64,000 nt of DNA from a bacterium. GTDB lineage: Bacteria > Chloroflexota > Anaerolineae > Aggregatilineales > Phototrophicaceae. The notes under the pieces are model-generated. The model saw nothing but the letters and a program-made list of their open reading frames with translations. It did no database searches and was not told where the DNA came from. The stretch is taken from positions 8,943 through 72,942 of the forward strand of contig JANRLJ010000218.1 of NCBI GenBank assembly GCA_033762735.1, given 5' to 3'. Positions 18,947 to 28,625 of this stretch are shown here, piece by piece (positions within the stretch are counted from its first letter, which is position 1; every line of letters starts with the position of its first letter). The position numbers and the translations under genes are program-made.

Positions 18947-20181
18947 TCAGCTTACCAGCCGCAGTTTGATCCCCAGCCACACGCCCACGAACACCGCCGC
19001 CCCGAACACCCAGCCGGACAGCGCGAAGGCCGAAATGCCCGAAAGCAGCGTCCCGACCGTGCAGCCCAGCGCCGTCATCGCGCCCCAGCCCATCAGCACA
19101 CCGCCCAGCACCGCCGTAAAGCCGTTGAGCGGAGTCAGCCGGGAAAGCTGGAAGCGGTTAGAAAGCAGCGCCGCCGCGAACGCCCCCACGATCAGCCCGC
19201 CGATCAGCAGGCCGTTGTCGGTGATGGTCTGCACGACCTGCGTGGCGCATCCGGCGAACGTGTCCAGCCCGTTGAGGCGGTCATCGAGATAGCCCGCGCT
19301 GGAAAGCACCGTGCGCGAGAAGCTGCCCAACTGCGAGGTCACACCCAGCGGTTCGACGCGCAGATAGACGAAGATACCGATCACGCCCACCACCGCCCCG
19401 GTCACGAGCGGATTCCAGCGCTGGCCGAACATGGTCTGATGCAGCCGTGCCAGCGTGATTCTGCCGCCGGGCTGCGCGGGGACTTCCGGCAGGTAACGCA
19501 GCAGCAGCAGCGCCAGCCCACCCAGAAGCGCCAGATGCAGCGCCAGCGACCCGGCATAGCCCAGGCGGGCGGGCATCCACGCGACGGGTGCGCTGGTGAT
19601 CGTGCTCAGGTAGAGGCTCTGCCAGGTGAAAAAACCTAGTCCGAAGCCGACCAGCGACCCGATCAGCGCCAGCGGTGCGCGGGCATAGCCTTCGCCCAGG
19701 CGGTAGAGATGGCCGCTGATGCACGCGCCGGAAAGCGCCATGCCCACGCCGAAGGCCAGCCCCGCCGCCGCCGTCGCCCAACTCACCGGGCCGATATGCG
19801 CGTTGGGGGGCAGCCGCCCGGTGCCGGGATTGGGCAGGAACAGGCCGAAGATGATGGCATAGCCCACGCCGCCCACCGCCAGCGCCATCAGAATGGCGAA
19901 GATGCCGCTGCTGTTGCGATGTTCGATGAAGTCGCGCAGGATGCAGAAAAAGCAAAAGCGCCCGCGCTGGAAAGCGATCCCAAGCGCCGCGCCTGTGAGC
20001 AGGGAATAGGAGGCTGCTGCGCCGCGCCCCGGTGTGGTATGCAGGGCATAGGCGCCCAGCAGAACCGCGATCAGCGCCGCCAGCGCCACGCCCGCCCGCA
20101 GCAGCCCGCCTCTCGTGTACTGGAATCGAAGGGGGGCGGCCCCCGCAAGAGCGCCGCCCCCGACCGTACTTTCGGTCATGA
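18947..20181 (-). CDS. YeeE/YedE family sulfur-compound (thiosulfate-type) transporter
   Basis: Multi-pass membrane protein carrying the paired conserved Cys-containing motifs FCFFCIL and GACISG. The ATG at 20181 starts MTESTV. Confidence 0.7.
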
Positions 20182-20183
20182 AA

Positions 20184-21125
20184 TTACTGCCCGCCCCAGA
20201 CGGTGCCCGCCGGGTTTTCCACCGGGACACCCACCGAGTTGCCGTATTCCGTCCACGAGCCATCATACAGGCGCACATCGTAACCGAGCAGCTTGGTCAG
20301 CACGAACCAGGTCAGCGCGGCACGTTCGCCGATGCGGCAGTAGGTGATGATCGGCTGGCTGCCATCGATGCCCAGCCCGGCGTACAGTTCACGCAGCTCT
20401 TCCACCGACTTGAATGTGCCGTCTTCATTCACGTTCTGCCCCCAGGGGACGTTGACCGCGCCGGGGATGTGGCCTGCACGCACGGCGAGTTCCTGCACAC
20501 CTTCGGGCGCGAAGATTTCGCCGTTGTATTCGGCATTAGAGCGGATGTCGATCAGCACGCCTTCGGCCTCGCCCGTCACCACATCCAGCACGTCCGGCAG
20601 CAGCGCACGCAGATCAGTGTTGGCTTCGGCGGCGGTGAAGTTGCCCGCTTCATAGCTGGGCGGTGCAACGGCCAGTTCGCGGCCTTCGGCTTCCCACTTC
20701 ACGCGCCCGCCGTCCAGCAGACGAACGTCCTGTGCGCCGTAGATGCTGAAAATCCACGCGCCCCACGCGGCGAACCAGTTGTTGTTGTCGCCATACAGCA
20801 CGACGGTGGTGTCATCGTTGATGCCCGCCGCCTGCGCCAGTTCCTGGAAACGCTCGGCAGAGACAATATCGCGCACCAGCGTATCGACGAAATCGGTGTG
20901 CCAGACGAAGTTGACCGCGCCGGGGATGTGGCCGCGCTCATACACGCCGGGGACAACGCTCACTTCGATGACGCGCACAGCGGGATTCTCAAGATTCTCG
21001 GCCAACCAGTCGGTGCTGACGAGGACTTCGGGGGCTTCGTCCTGTGCGCTGACGAGGGCGCTGGTCAGGACGGTGACGGCGGCAAGCAGAACGAACAGAA
21101 CAACAGATTGGGTCACTCGCTTCAT
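20184..21125 (-). CDS. Rhodanese-domain sulfurtransferase, secreted
   Basis: Signal peptide and two rhodanese modules, with the active-site loop CRIGERA. It sits immediately upstream of the YeeE gene. Confidence 0.75.
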   Translation of the reverse strand: MKRVTQSVVLFVLLAAVTVLTSALVSAQDEAPEVLVSTDWLAENLENPAVRVIEVSVVPGVYERGHIPGAVNFVWHTDFVDTLVRDIVSAERFQELAQAAGINDDTTVVLYGDNNNWFAAWGAWIFSIYGAQDVRLLDGGRVKWEAEGRELAVAPPSYEAGNFTAAEANTDLRALLPDVLDVVTGEAEGVLIDIRSNAEYNGEIFAPEGVQELAVRAGHIPGAVNVPWGQNVNEDGTFKSVEELRELYAGLGIDGSQPIITYCRIGERAALTWFVLTKLLGYDVRLYDGSWTEYGNSVGVPVENPAGTVWGGQ

Positions 21126-21269
21126 GGTAGTGCTATTCTCCTGTGAGGATCGAAACGTCTAAATCAGAAAATCGGTCGATAAAACGGGAAGTGCGATTCA
21201 GATCAGCAGCAGCAACAACACGATTTCATAACAGTCTCCTGTAGCGAAATGCAGGATAGGCTGGCGTTG

Positions 21270-21300
21270 CAAAAAAACACCCCGGTTTGTCGTGCCGGGG
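21270..21300 (-). terminator. Rho-independent terminator downstream of BLUF gene
   Basis: On the minus strand, CCCCGGCACGACAAACCGGGG is followed by TGTTTTTTTGC. A second hairpin with a T-run follows at 21311-21353. Confidence 0.6.
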
Positions 21301-21533
21301 TAGTGTTGGTCTGGCAAGAAAAAACCCCGGCGTTTTGCCAGGGTCGTCTTTTACAATCGGTTCAGAGAACGGACAGTGTCAACCCCGGCGGTGTTCGGCC
21401 ATACACATACAGACACAGGGACAGGGCTGGCAGAGCTGGAACATGGTTCAGTGCGTTCTCCTTGACTTAGATGATAAGATAACTGGTAAAAGAGCGTCTG
21501 TCAAGGGTTGATGAGCAGGCTTTTGTGTAGCCT

Positions 21534-21965
21534 TCACCGCATCAAATCCTTAAAGTTAAGCAGAAAACGCAGTGCGCGGTGCGGCGTGTTGATGAATTCG
21601 TCGGCGTCGAACGGCTGCTGCAAAAAGCTGCTGAGTCCGTCCAGGTCTTCCTGAGACAGCTTCTCCCTGATCGTATCCACGTTGGAAAAGCCCATCGCCC
21701 ATTCCCCGAACAGGCGCTCCTCGGTCTTGCCGGAAAGCAGCGTGCGCATGGCGTGATGGCGCGGGTCGGTGGCGATCTTCTGATGCAGCTTGAGTACCGC
21801 ATCTTCGGGGCCTTCCAGCAGTTGGATGAAGTTCCCGCCCTTGTAGAGCAGCAGCCCGGTAATGCCGAGTGGGTTGTTGTTGCGGCGGCTGGCACGCAGA
21901 ATATCGAGGATGTCGTCCTGGGTAATGCCGTGCACGGCGGAACTGACGTACAGCAAATACATCAT
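21534..21965 (-). CDS. BLUF domain photoreceptor (short type)
   Basis: MMYLLYVS, NNxxxGITGLLLY and FIQLLEG motifs carrying the conserved Tyr/Gln/Asn. Confidence 0.85.
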   Translation of the reverse strand: MMYLLYVSSAVHGITQDDILDILRASRRNNNPLGITGLLLYKGGNFIQLLEGPEDAVLKLHQKIATDPRHHAMRTLLSGKTEERLFGEWAMGFSNVDTIREKLSQEDLDGLSSFLQQPFDADEFINTPHRALRFLLNFKDLMR

Positions 21966-22073
21966 GGCGGAAAAGCCTCCATGTAAAGAGGGGGATGCAG
22001 TTGTCTGATGTGGTGAAGCAACAGCGTGGGGAGAAGCGGGTTTATCGAAACACTGTTGACCGTATTCAGTTTT

Positions 22074-22499
22074 TTATGCGTGCTGCGGCATGTCCTTGAA
22101 ATTGAGCAGGAAGCGATAGGCACGGTTGGGCGTTTTCAGGAATTCGTGTTCGTCGAAGGGCTTCTGCAAAAAGTCGCTCAGGCCGGGGACGTGCCGCTGA
22201 TCGACCTTGCTCAGGTCATAAAACGCCATCGCCCAGTTGTTGAACTGCCGTTCCTGCAATGGACCCGAAAGCATGGTGCGGACGCTGGTATGGCGCGGGT
22301 CGGTCATCAGGCGGCGGTGCAGCCCGATCACGTTCGACTTTGGCCCCTCCAGCAGTTGGATAAACTGGCGATCCTTGTAGAGCAGCAGGCCGGTGATGTC
22401 GTCGCGCAGGTTATTCCGGCGGCTGACCGTCAGAATGTCCAGCAGATCCGACGTTTCCATCGGATACGCGGCCTCGCTCACATACAGCAAATACATCAT
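22074..22499 (-). CDS. BLUF domain photoreceptor (paralogue)
   Basis: Same motif set (MMYLLYVS, DITGLLLY, FIQLLEG). It is tandem with 21534..21965. Confidence 0.85.
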   Translation of the reverse strand: MMYLLYVSEAAYPMETSDLLDILTVSRRNNLRDDITGLLLYKDRQFIQLLEGPKSNVIGLHRRLMTDPRHTSVRTMLSGPLQERQFNNWAMAFYDLSKVDQRHVPGLSDFLQKPFDEHEFLKTPNRAYRFLLNFKDMPQHA

Positions 22500-22588
22500 A
22501 AGACGCTAAACCTTTGTCTTGCCTGGTTTTGTACAATGGGCAGTATACCGCAGCCACTTAGCATCTGGATTAGACTTTTTGAAATTAT

Positions 22589-24055
22589 TTATGAATTTTT
22601 GTGGTGGGCGCTTAATAACTGCGCCTCTGGTGCCTCGAAAGAGACGTTGACCTGCGTCTGGATCAGGAGTTCACTGTCAAGAAAATGGAACCCAAGCGTG
22701 TGCACGAAGGGTGTTTCTACCAGCCGCACGACGAGGGTGAATACGTCTTCGGCTGTCCATGCGCCACAGGTCATGACGGGTGTTACGCCGACCACCCATT
22801 CATCGTTGAACAGCGTTGTTTGCCCCGGCAGCCATGTACCGTAGCCGCAGGGGAGGACTTCATCCCCGGAATCGGTTTTCAGGCGAATGGTACAGTCAGC
22901 CGCGCCAAAATCGAAGCTGATCTCCCGCAGTTTCAAGGCATTGTCGTCCACGATGTACGTGCGATCTGAGACACGCGACCCAACCAGCGAGTCTGCCTGG
23001 CCTTCCACCACCGGACATTGCAGGCCAGACAAGCGCACTTTCATACGCTGATACGCCTCTGCATCCTCGGCAGGATGTTCAGACCCCATCGCGGGCAGCA
23101 GGATTTCCCAGATCAGGTCTAAGGGCTTTTGCATCTCAAACAGGTCAACGCCCCCGGTGATCGCCAGCACCGCGTCCTGCTCCGGCATGACGATGCAATA
23201 CTGCCCGAAAACCCCATCCCCACGATACGCCCCATGACGGCAGCGCCAGAATTGAAAGCCGTACCCTTGTGCCCAATCGCTGTCGGGGTCGTCACCGTTG
23301 ATGCTCTGGATAGCCGTCGCTTCCTCGACCCAGCTTTCAGGCAGCAGTTGCTTTCCCTGCCACCTCCCCTTTTGCAGGTAGAGCTGACCGAAGCGGGCAA
23401 TATCTTCCGTTTTCAGGCTCAGCCCAATCCCGCCCATCGTGATGCCTTCGGGCGACTGCTGCCAGCTTGCCCCGTGTATGCCTAACGGCGCGAACAGGCG
23501 CGGTTCCAGATAATCCAGAACGGTCATGCGTGTCGTGCGCTCGACAATCGCCGCGAGCATATACGTCGCCCCGGTGTTGTAGAGAAAAAAGGTTCCGGGC
23601 GGCTGTGTCACGGGGACTTCAAAAAATCCCCTGATCCAGTTTCCATCCGGGCGACCGAACATATTTGACCAGGTATCAACGGTGTGTCCGGTGGACATGG
23701 AGAGCAGGTGGCGCACACACATGGCCTGAAGGAAATCCGACGCATCGACGGGTGCTTCATCGGGGAAAAAGGACAGGACTGGCGACTCCAGCGTAAAGTA
23801 GCCCTCGCTCACCGCCAGCCCAACCGCGCTCGCCGTAAAGCTTTTGCTGAGCGAAAACACTATATGCGGCTGTTCAGGCAGATAGGGCGACCACCAGCCC
23901 TCGGCCACGACGCTTCCATGCCGCAGCAGCATCAAACTGTGCAGTTCGTTCGTCTGGCTTTCGAGTGCCTCCACCAACCGAAGCACCGCAGCAGAAGCAA
24001 TGCCCTGGCTTTCGGGCGTGGCGCGTTGTAGTTCATGAAGTGTGCCAACAGGCAT
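22589..24055 (-). CDS. Serine hydrolase of the beta-lactamase / penicillin-binding family
   Basis: SxxK motif (FSLSKSF) near the N-terminus, at the spacing typical of class-C-like beta-lactamase family proteins. Confidence 0.65.
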   Translation of the reverse strand: MPVGTLHELQRATPESQGIASAAVLRLVEALESQTNELHSLMLLRHGSVVAEGWWSPYLPEQPHIVFSLSKSFTASAVGLAVSEGYFTLESPVLSFFPDEAPVDASDFLQAMCVRHLLSMSTGHTVDTWSNMFGRPDGNWIRGFFEVPVTQPPGTFFLYNTGATYMLAAIVERTTRMTVLDYLEPRLFAPLGIHGASWQQSPEGITMGGIGLSLKTEDIARFGQLYLQKGRWQGKQLLPESWVEEATAIQSINGDDPDSDWAQGYGFQFWRCRHGAYRGDGVFGQYCIVMPEQDAVLAITGGVDLFEMQKPLDLIWEILLPAMGSEHPAEDAEAYQRMKVRLSGLQCPVVEGQADSLVGSRVSDRTYIVDDNALKLREISFDFGAADCTIRLKTDSGDEVLPCGYGTWLPGQTTLFNDEWVVGVTPVMTCGAWTAEDVFTLVVRLVETPFVHTLGFHFLDSELLIQTQVNVSFEAPEAQLLSAHHKNS

Positions 24056-24211
24056 GGGGTTGCTCCCGCTGATCGAACAGACACAGGCCTATCGTACCTG
24101 CATAGCTGGTCGTTTACAGGGGTTAAATTTGCAAGCGCCTTAAGCACCGGAGTCCTGATATGTTAAAATGGGCTTTATCACACCATCGGACAAAACCACA
24201 CAGGGCAAGGG

Positions 24212-24892
24212 ATGACCACGAACGAACTCAGCATCACCATGCGCGAATATCTGGCGGAAATCTATCGCCTGAGCGACCGCGAGGGGGCGACCCAACAGGG
24301 ATATATCAGCACATCGGCGCTGGCCGAACTGCTGGACGTGAGTGCGCCTGCCGTGAATCGTATGGTGACCAAGCTGAAGGATCAACACCTGCTCATCCAT
24401 GAACCCTATCAGGGAATCGCCCTCACGGAAGCAGGGCAAAAAGAAGCGCTGACCATGCTGCGGCGTCATCGCATCACCGAGGCCTTTCTGGTGAATGTGA
24501 TGGGCTTCGCGTGGCACGAAATCCACGAGGAAGCCAGCCGCATCAGCGGGACGCTCAGCGAGGCGCTCACGCAGCGTATGGCCGACATGGCCGGAAACCC
24601 GACCATCTGCCCACACGGCGAACCCATTCCCGCAGAAGACGGCACCATGCCCGATCTGCAAGACATTCTGCTGGCCGAAGCGCCCCAGAACACACCGCTG
24701 TATGTGACCCGCGTTCGCACCCGCGAGGCCGACCGCCTGCAATATCTGGCGGCGCTTGGGTTAGTCCCCGGCGCTGAGGTAACGGTGATTCATGCCGCGC
24801 CCTTCAACGGCCCGTTGCAATTGAAGCTCAAGGACGAATATCGCATTGTGGGGCATAACCTGGCGGAGTTGATTCGGGTGCGTGGGGAATAA
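24212..24892 (+). CDS. DtxR/IdeR/MntR family metal-dependent transcriptional regulator with C-terminal FeoA/SH3-like domain
   Basis: N-terminal wHTH, metal-site residues in the helical dimerisation domain (HEIHEE, CPHGEP), and a C-terminal SH3-like domain. Confidence 0.8.
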   Translation: MTTNELSITMREYLAEIYRLSDREGATQQGYISTSALAELLDVSAPAVNRMVTKLKDQHLLIHEPYQGIALTEAGQKEALTMLRRHRITEAFLVNVMGFAWHEIHEEASRISGTLSEALTQRMADMAGNPTICPHGEPIPAEDGTMPDLQDILLAEAPQNTPLYVTRVRTREADRLQYLAALGLVPGAEVTVIHAAPFNGPLQLKLKDEYRIVGHNLAELIRVRGE

Positions 24893-25225
24893 CTATTGGA
24901 GTTCCAGCAAACCAACGGAGTCGTTTTCCAGGAACTCGACAATTGCTTCATGATGTTTTTGCAATAGGGCGACAATATCCGAAGTTGTGCAGTTTCCGAC
25001 TCTGACCCAGATTACTTTTGGCGGAAACCCTCTTCCACCCAAAAGATCGTTAAAATCAGAATCTTTTGTCACTAAACAATAGTTATGCGTTTTCGCGTAT
25101 TGCCACACAACATGATCTGTGGCGGCATCCAATCCAACTTGCGCTAGATGAACCGCATCAGGGAAAAAATCTGATAACCGATTGACGAGCTTTATCGAAA
25201 GGTTATGGTCAAACAGAAGTTTCAT
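24893..25225 (-). CDS. DUF5615 (PIN-like) putative toxin
   Basis: Small protein starting MKLLFDHNLS, in a typical overlapping pair with the DUF433 gene. Confidence 0.6.
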   Translation of the reverse strand: MKLLFDHNLSIKLVNRLSDFFPDAVHLAQVGLDAATDHVVWQYAKTHNYCLVTKDSDFNDLLGGRGFPPKVIWVRVGNCTTSDIVALLQKHHEAIVEFLENDSVGLLELQ

Positions 25226-25461
25226 TTGACGACAACGGTGTGCCGTTCGCGATCAGCAGCGTAACTCAGGCAAGCAAGGATGTCCTCACGGGTGAGCATG
25301 GGAAAATCCTCTAAAATTTCGTCGGTGCTCATCCCTGCTGCCAGATAGGACAGCACATCATAAACGGTGATTCGCATCCCGCGAATGCACGGCTTGCCCG
25401 AACGCTTGCCCGGCTCAAGGGTGATAATACTGCTGTAATCCATCACGATGCATTCCTTCAA
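25222..25461 (-). CDS. DUF433 putative antitoxin
   Basis: 79 aa. The conserved GKPCIRGMRITV region is present, and the gene overlaps the DUF5615 gene by 4 nt. Confidence 0.6.
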   Translation of the reverse strand: MKECIVMDYSSIITLEPGKRSGKPCIRGMRITVYDVLSYLAAGMSTDEILEDFPMLTREDILACLSYAADRERHTVVVK

Positions 25462-25505
25462 AAATGCCTTTTTTAGTAACTGACCTTCGTAGACTACGAC
25501 TGCTT

Positions 25506-25652
25506 GCCCTCACCCTATAAGCGCAGCGACACCCTCTGCAAGAGGCGCTCTCCCTCAGGGAGAGGGACTTGCTCTCGCAGGACGTTCTTTCTCCCCCTCT
25601 CCCTAAGCGCAGCGACCGAAGCGGTCGGGAGAGGGGGCTGGGGGGTGAGGGC
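25506..25652. mobile_element. MITE-like element (family 2) bounded by GCCCTCACCC / GGGTGAGGGC inverted termini
   Basis: The termini and an internal CTCCCTCAGGGAGAGGG palindrome are seen directly. Related copies lie at 17641-17760, 40219-40297, 43725-43824, 46655-46746, 53411-53497, 58564-58660 and 62587-62634. Confidence 0.7.
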
Positions 25653-25775
25653 TAGTGCGTAACATCAGTTCGTAACGCCATTATAGCGATTTTTATCGCT
25701 GGTCAGGAATCAGATGCAAAAGAGGCGCACATACCCGTGCGCCTCGATGCTTTCTATTGGTGCTGAAGTCGGTAC

Positions 25776-27146
25776 TTATTCCAGCGCACTCTGGGCTTCG
25801 GCCAGCAGTTCGTTGGCGAGTGTTTCGGCTTCCGCCGCCGCCGCCGCCACATCGGCCGTCGGGTCGGTGGCGATGGTGGTAATCAGACCGCCGAAGGCTT
25901 CGTTGAAGGCGTTGAACCAGCCGATCATCTGGGGATCGCCCACCTTGCGCACGCTCTCATCCAGGATCAGGTCGCGGACGCTGGTGAACTGCGGGTTTTC
26001 GCTCAGGAAGGTTTCGTCCAGCGCTTCCAGGCCAGAGAAGGTGTTGGGCTGGTACAGGGTCATCGTCGTCCAGATATTCTGGCTTTCATCGCTGGCGAAG
26101 TGCTTCACAAACAGCCAGGTCGCGAGCTGTTCTTCGGGGGTGCTGGCGAGCATGACCACGCTGCGGAAGTTCAGGATGAGGGTGCGGTTGCCTTCGCTCC
26201 AGGGCGTGGTGGTGTTGACCCAGTTGGTCACGCCCGTCTGCCCGGCATCGGTGGCGGCCTGCGCATCACCACGAATGAACGGCACGCCCACGCTGGAGCC
26301 GACGGCCATCGGGTTCAGGCTGTAGGCGAAATCCGCCGTGTTGACGAACGGGCCATCCGGCACATAGGCGCAGCCATCGGCCACAAGCTGCTGGAAGAAG
26401 GTCAGGACTTCGATGGCCTGTTCGTTGTCGAAGTCGAACTGCATGGTTTCGGGATCCCACACGCGCCCGCCCTGGCTCAGGATGAAGGCTTCCATATCCT
26501 GCGGATTGGTGCGGAGCGGGAAGCCCTGCACGTCGCCGCCGCTGGCGTTAGTCAGTTCCGCCGCACCACACGCTACTTCGCGGAACTGTTCGAGGGTTTC
26601 TGGTGCGCCTTCCAGGCCGAGTTCGGCGGTAAGGTCGGTGTTGACCGACAGCACGACTGCGCTGTAGCCAATGGGCCAGGCCAGCAGTTGACCATTGAAG
26701 GGTTCGCTGTCAACGCGGTTGACGGCGAAGACTTCGGGGATCAGGTTGGCCTGTTCTTCTTCGGTCAGGCCCCAGGTCGCGTCGGTGATGTAGGGGTCGA
26801 AGGGCACGACCACACCATCCAGGAACCAGCCCTGCGCGTCGTTGGCGAAGCCGCCTACCAGGTCGGGCAGTTCACCGCTGACGATGCCGGCACTGATGGC
26901 ATCGCGCATCGGGCCGCTGGAACCCATTTCAATGGTTTCGACGGTGATGCCATATTCGTTGGTTTCATTGAAGTTGGCGATGATCTGGTTGATGGCCTCG
27001 GCCTGCGCCCCGTCCCATTCGTGCATGTACTGGATGGTGATGCCTTCCGGCAGTTCGGTGGGGATGGTCACATCCTGGGCAGACACGGCGCTCAGGCTGA
27101 TGGCGACCACCGCCAGCAGCATCAGGACGACTGCAAATTTCTTCAT
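25776..27146 (-). CDS. ABC transporter substrate-binding protein (carbohydrate type)
   Basis: Signal peptide after MKKFAVVLMLLA, and the size matches a family-1 extracellular solute-binding protein. Two permease genes lie upstream on the same strand. Confidence 0.7.
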   Translation of the reverse strand: MKKFAVVLMLLAVVAISLSAVSAQDVTIPTELPEGITIQYMHEWDGAQAEAINQIIANFNETNEYGITVETIEMGSSGPMRDAISAGIVSGELPDLVGGFANDAQGWFLDGVVVPFDPYITDATWGLTEEEQANLIPEVFAVNRVDSEPFNGQLLAWPIGYSAVVLSVNTDLTAELGLEGAPETLEQFREVACGAAELTNASGGDVQGFPLRTNPQDMEAFILSQGGRVWDPETMQFDFDNEQAIEVLTFFQQLVADGCAYVPDGPFVNTADFAYSLNPMAVGSSVGVPFIRGDAQAATDAGQTGVTNWVNTTTPWSEGNRTLILNFRSVVMLASTPEEQLATWLFVKHFASDESQNIWTTMTLYQPNTFSGLEALDETFLSENPQFTSVRDLILDESVRKVGDPQMIGWFNAFNEAFGGLITTIATDPTADVAAAAAEAETLANELLAEAQSALE

Positions 27147-27698
27147 CGTTTCTCTCCTTAGTTGTGCAAACACACAATCGTATTTCTCCCCCGGCCTACC
27201 CTCCGCCGGGAGCATGCCACATAAACACCGCCGAAGCGATGGGAGGGCTAGAAAGAAGTTATCAATTGTTAGTTAATAGTTGTTAGCGATTAGCTTTTTG
27301 CTTTTTGCTGTCAGCGATCAGCTTTTTTATAGGCACGACCTCATGCCTTTTGCAACTGCCCAATCCTGACTCAACATTGAATAATCGTTTCATCATTGGT
27401 AGGGACACGGCATGCCGTGTCCTGATGATTATGGTGTGCTGCGGTGGGTGATACGAACTCAAGCTGACACCTTCTACCGCTATGTCCTGTTTGCAGACGA
27501 AACCCTTACGGTATTCAGCCCCTAAAACATCGTCTCTCTAAAGTTGCCCACCCCCACTACACCTTTACCAATCCAGGTCACTCCTTAAGTACACCCGAAT
27601 TGAAGGCGGAGGATTGTGCGGACACGGCACGCCGTGTCCCTACGAAACCATCACTCGGTACTCACGACTCGGCACTGCACTCATCACTCGGTACTTCC

Positions 27699-28625
27699 CT
27701 ACCCTTTGCTCCCCGTCGTCGCGATGCCCTCGGTGAACTGCTTCTGCGTGAAGAAATAGATCACCAGAATCGGCAGGATGGTGATGACGGAGGCCGCCAT
27801 CTGCCAGTGGAACTCGTCGCCCGCCTCTGACCGCGTGAAGATCAGCAGCCCGGCGGAAACGGGCAGCCAGTCATCGGTGCGCACCACCAGCAGCGGCCAT
27901 TGCAGCGAGTTCCAGCCGCCGATAAACGTGAAGATCAGGATGGTCGCCAGCGGTGCGCGAGAAAGCGGCAGCACCACCGACCGCAGGAAGCGCAGATGCC
28001 CCGCGCCGTCAATGCGCGCCGCGTCCCACAGGTCTTCAGGAATCTGCGCGAAGAACTGGCGCAGCAGGAAAATGGTGAAGGCCGAAGCCGTAAACGGAAT
28101 GGTGAGCGAAGGCCAGTTCTCCAGCCATTTGCCCGCCGGGCCAAAGACGGCTTCGCTCAGGCGGCTGAACCAGACGACCGTGAGATAGTTGGGGATCAGC
28201 GTCACAATGTCGGGGATCATCAGCGTCGCCAGCAGCAGCGCGAAGATCACATTGCGCCCGAAGAACTTCATCCGCGCGAAGGCATAGGCCGCCGGGATAT
28301 TGAACAGCAGAGTCCCGATCACCGTAATGGCGACAATGCGGGTGCTGTTCCACATATACTGTGAGAAGTTCCCGGTTTCCCACGCCGCCCGGTAATTCTC
28401 AAACGCGGGGCGGCTGGGCAGGGTGCGCCCGATGTAGATTTCGCCCGCCGAGGGCATCAGCGACCAGCTTACCATCATGATAAACGGCAGCAGCGCCAGC
28501 ATCGCCCCGAAGCCGAGCAGCAGATAGGTCAGGATGCGCCCCCAGGGAAGCGGCGCACGAGGCCGCTGCACCCTTGCCAGCGGGTCTTCGCGGGTGCTGT
28601 CGAAGGGTTTGCTTAGCTCAGCCAT
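27699..28625 (-). CDS. Carbohydrate ABC transporter permease (MalG-like)
   Basis: Six-TM permease carrying the EAA-type loop (DAARIDGAGHLRFL). Confidence 0.75.
   Translation of the reverse strand: MAELSKPFDSTREDPLARVQRPRAPLPWGRILTYLLLGFGAMLALLPFIMMVSWSLMPSAGEIYIGRTLPSRPAFENYRAAWETGNFSQYMWNSTRIVAITVIGTLLFNIPAAYAFARMKFFGRNVIFALLLATLMIPDIVTLIPNYLTVVWFSRLSEAVFGPAGKWLENWPSLTIPFTASAFTIFLLRQFFAQIPEDLWDAARIDGAGHLRFLRSVVLPLSRAPLATILIFTFIGGWNSLQWPLLVVRTDDWLPVSAGLLIFTRSEAGDEFHWQMAASVITILPILVIYFFTQKQFTEGIATTGSKG

Noticed and set aside
21311-21353. Possible plus-strand small RNA ending in a hairpin plus T-run
   Set aside because: No promoter or conservation evidence is available. It is more simply the second of two stacked bidirectional terminator hairpins downstream of the BLUF gene.
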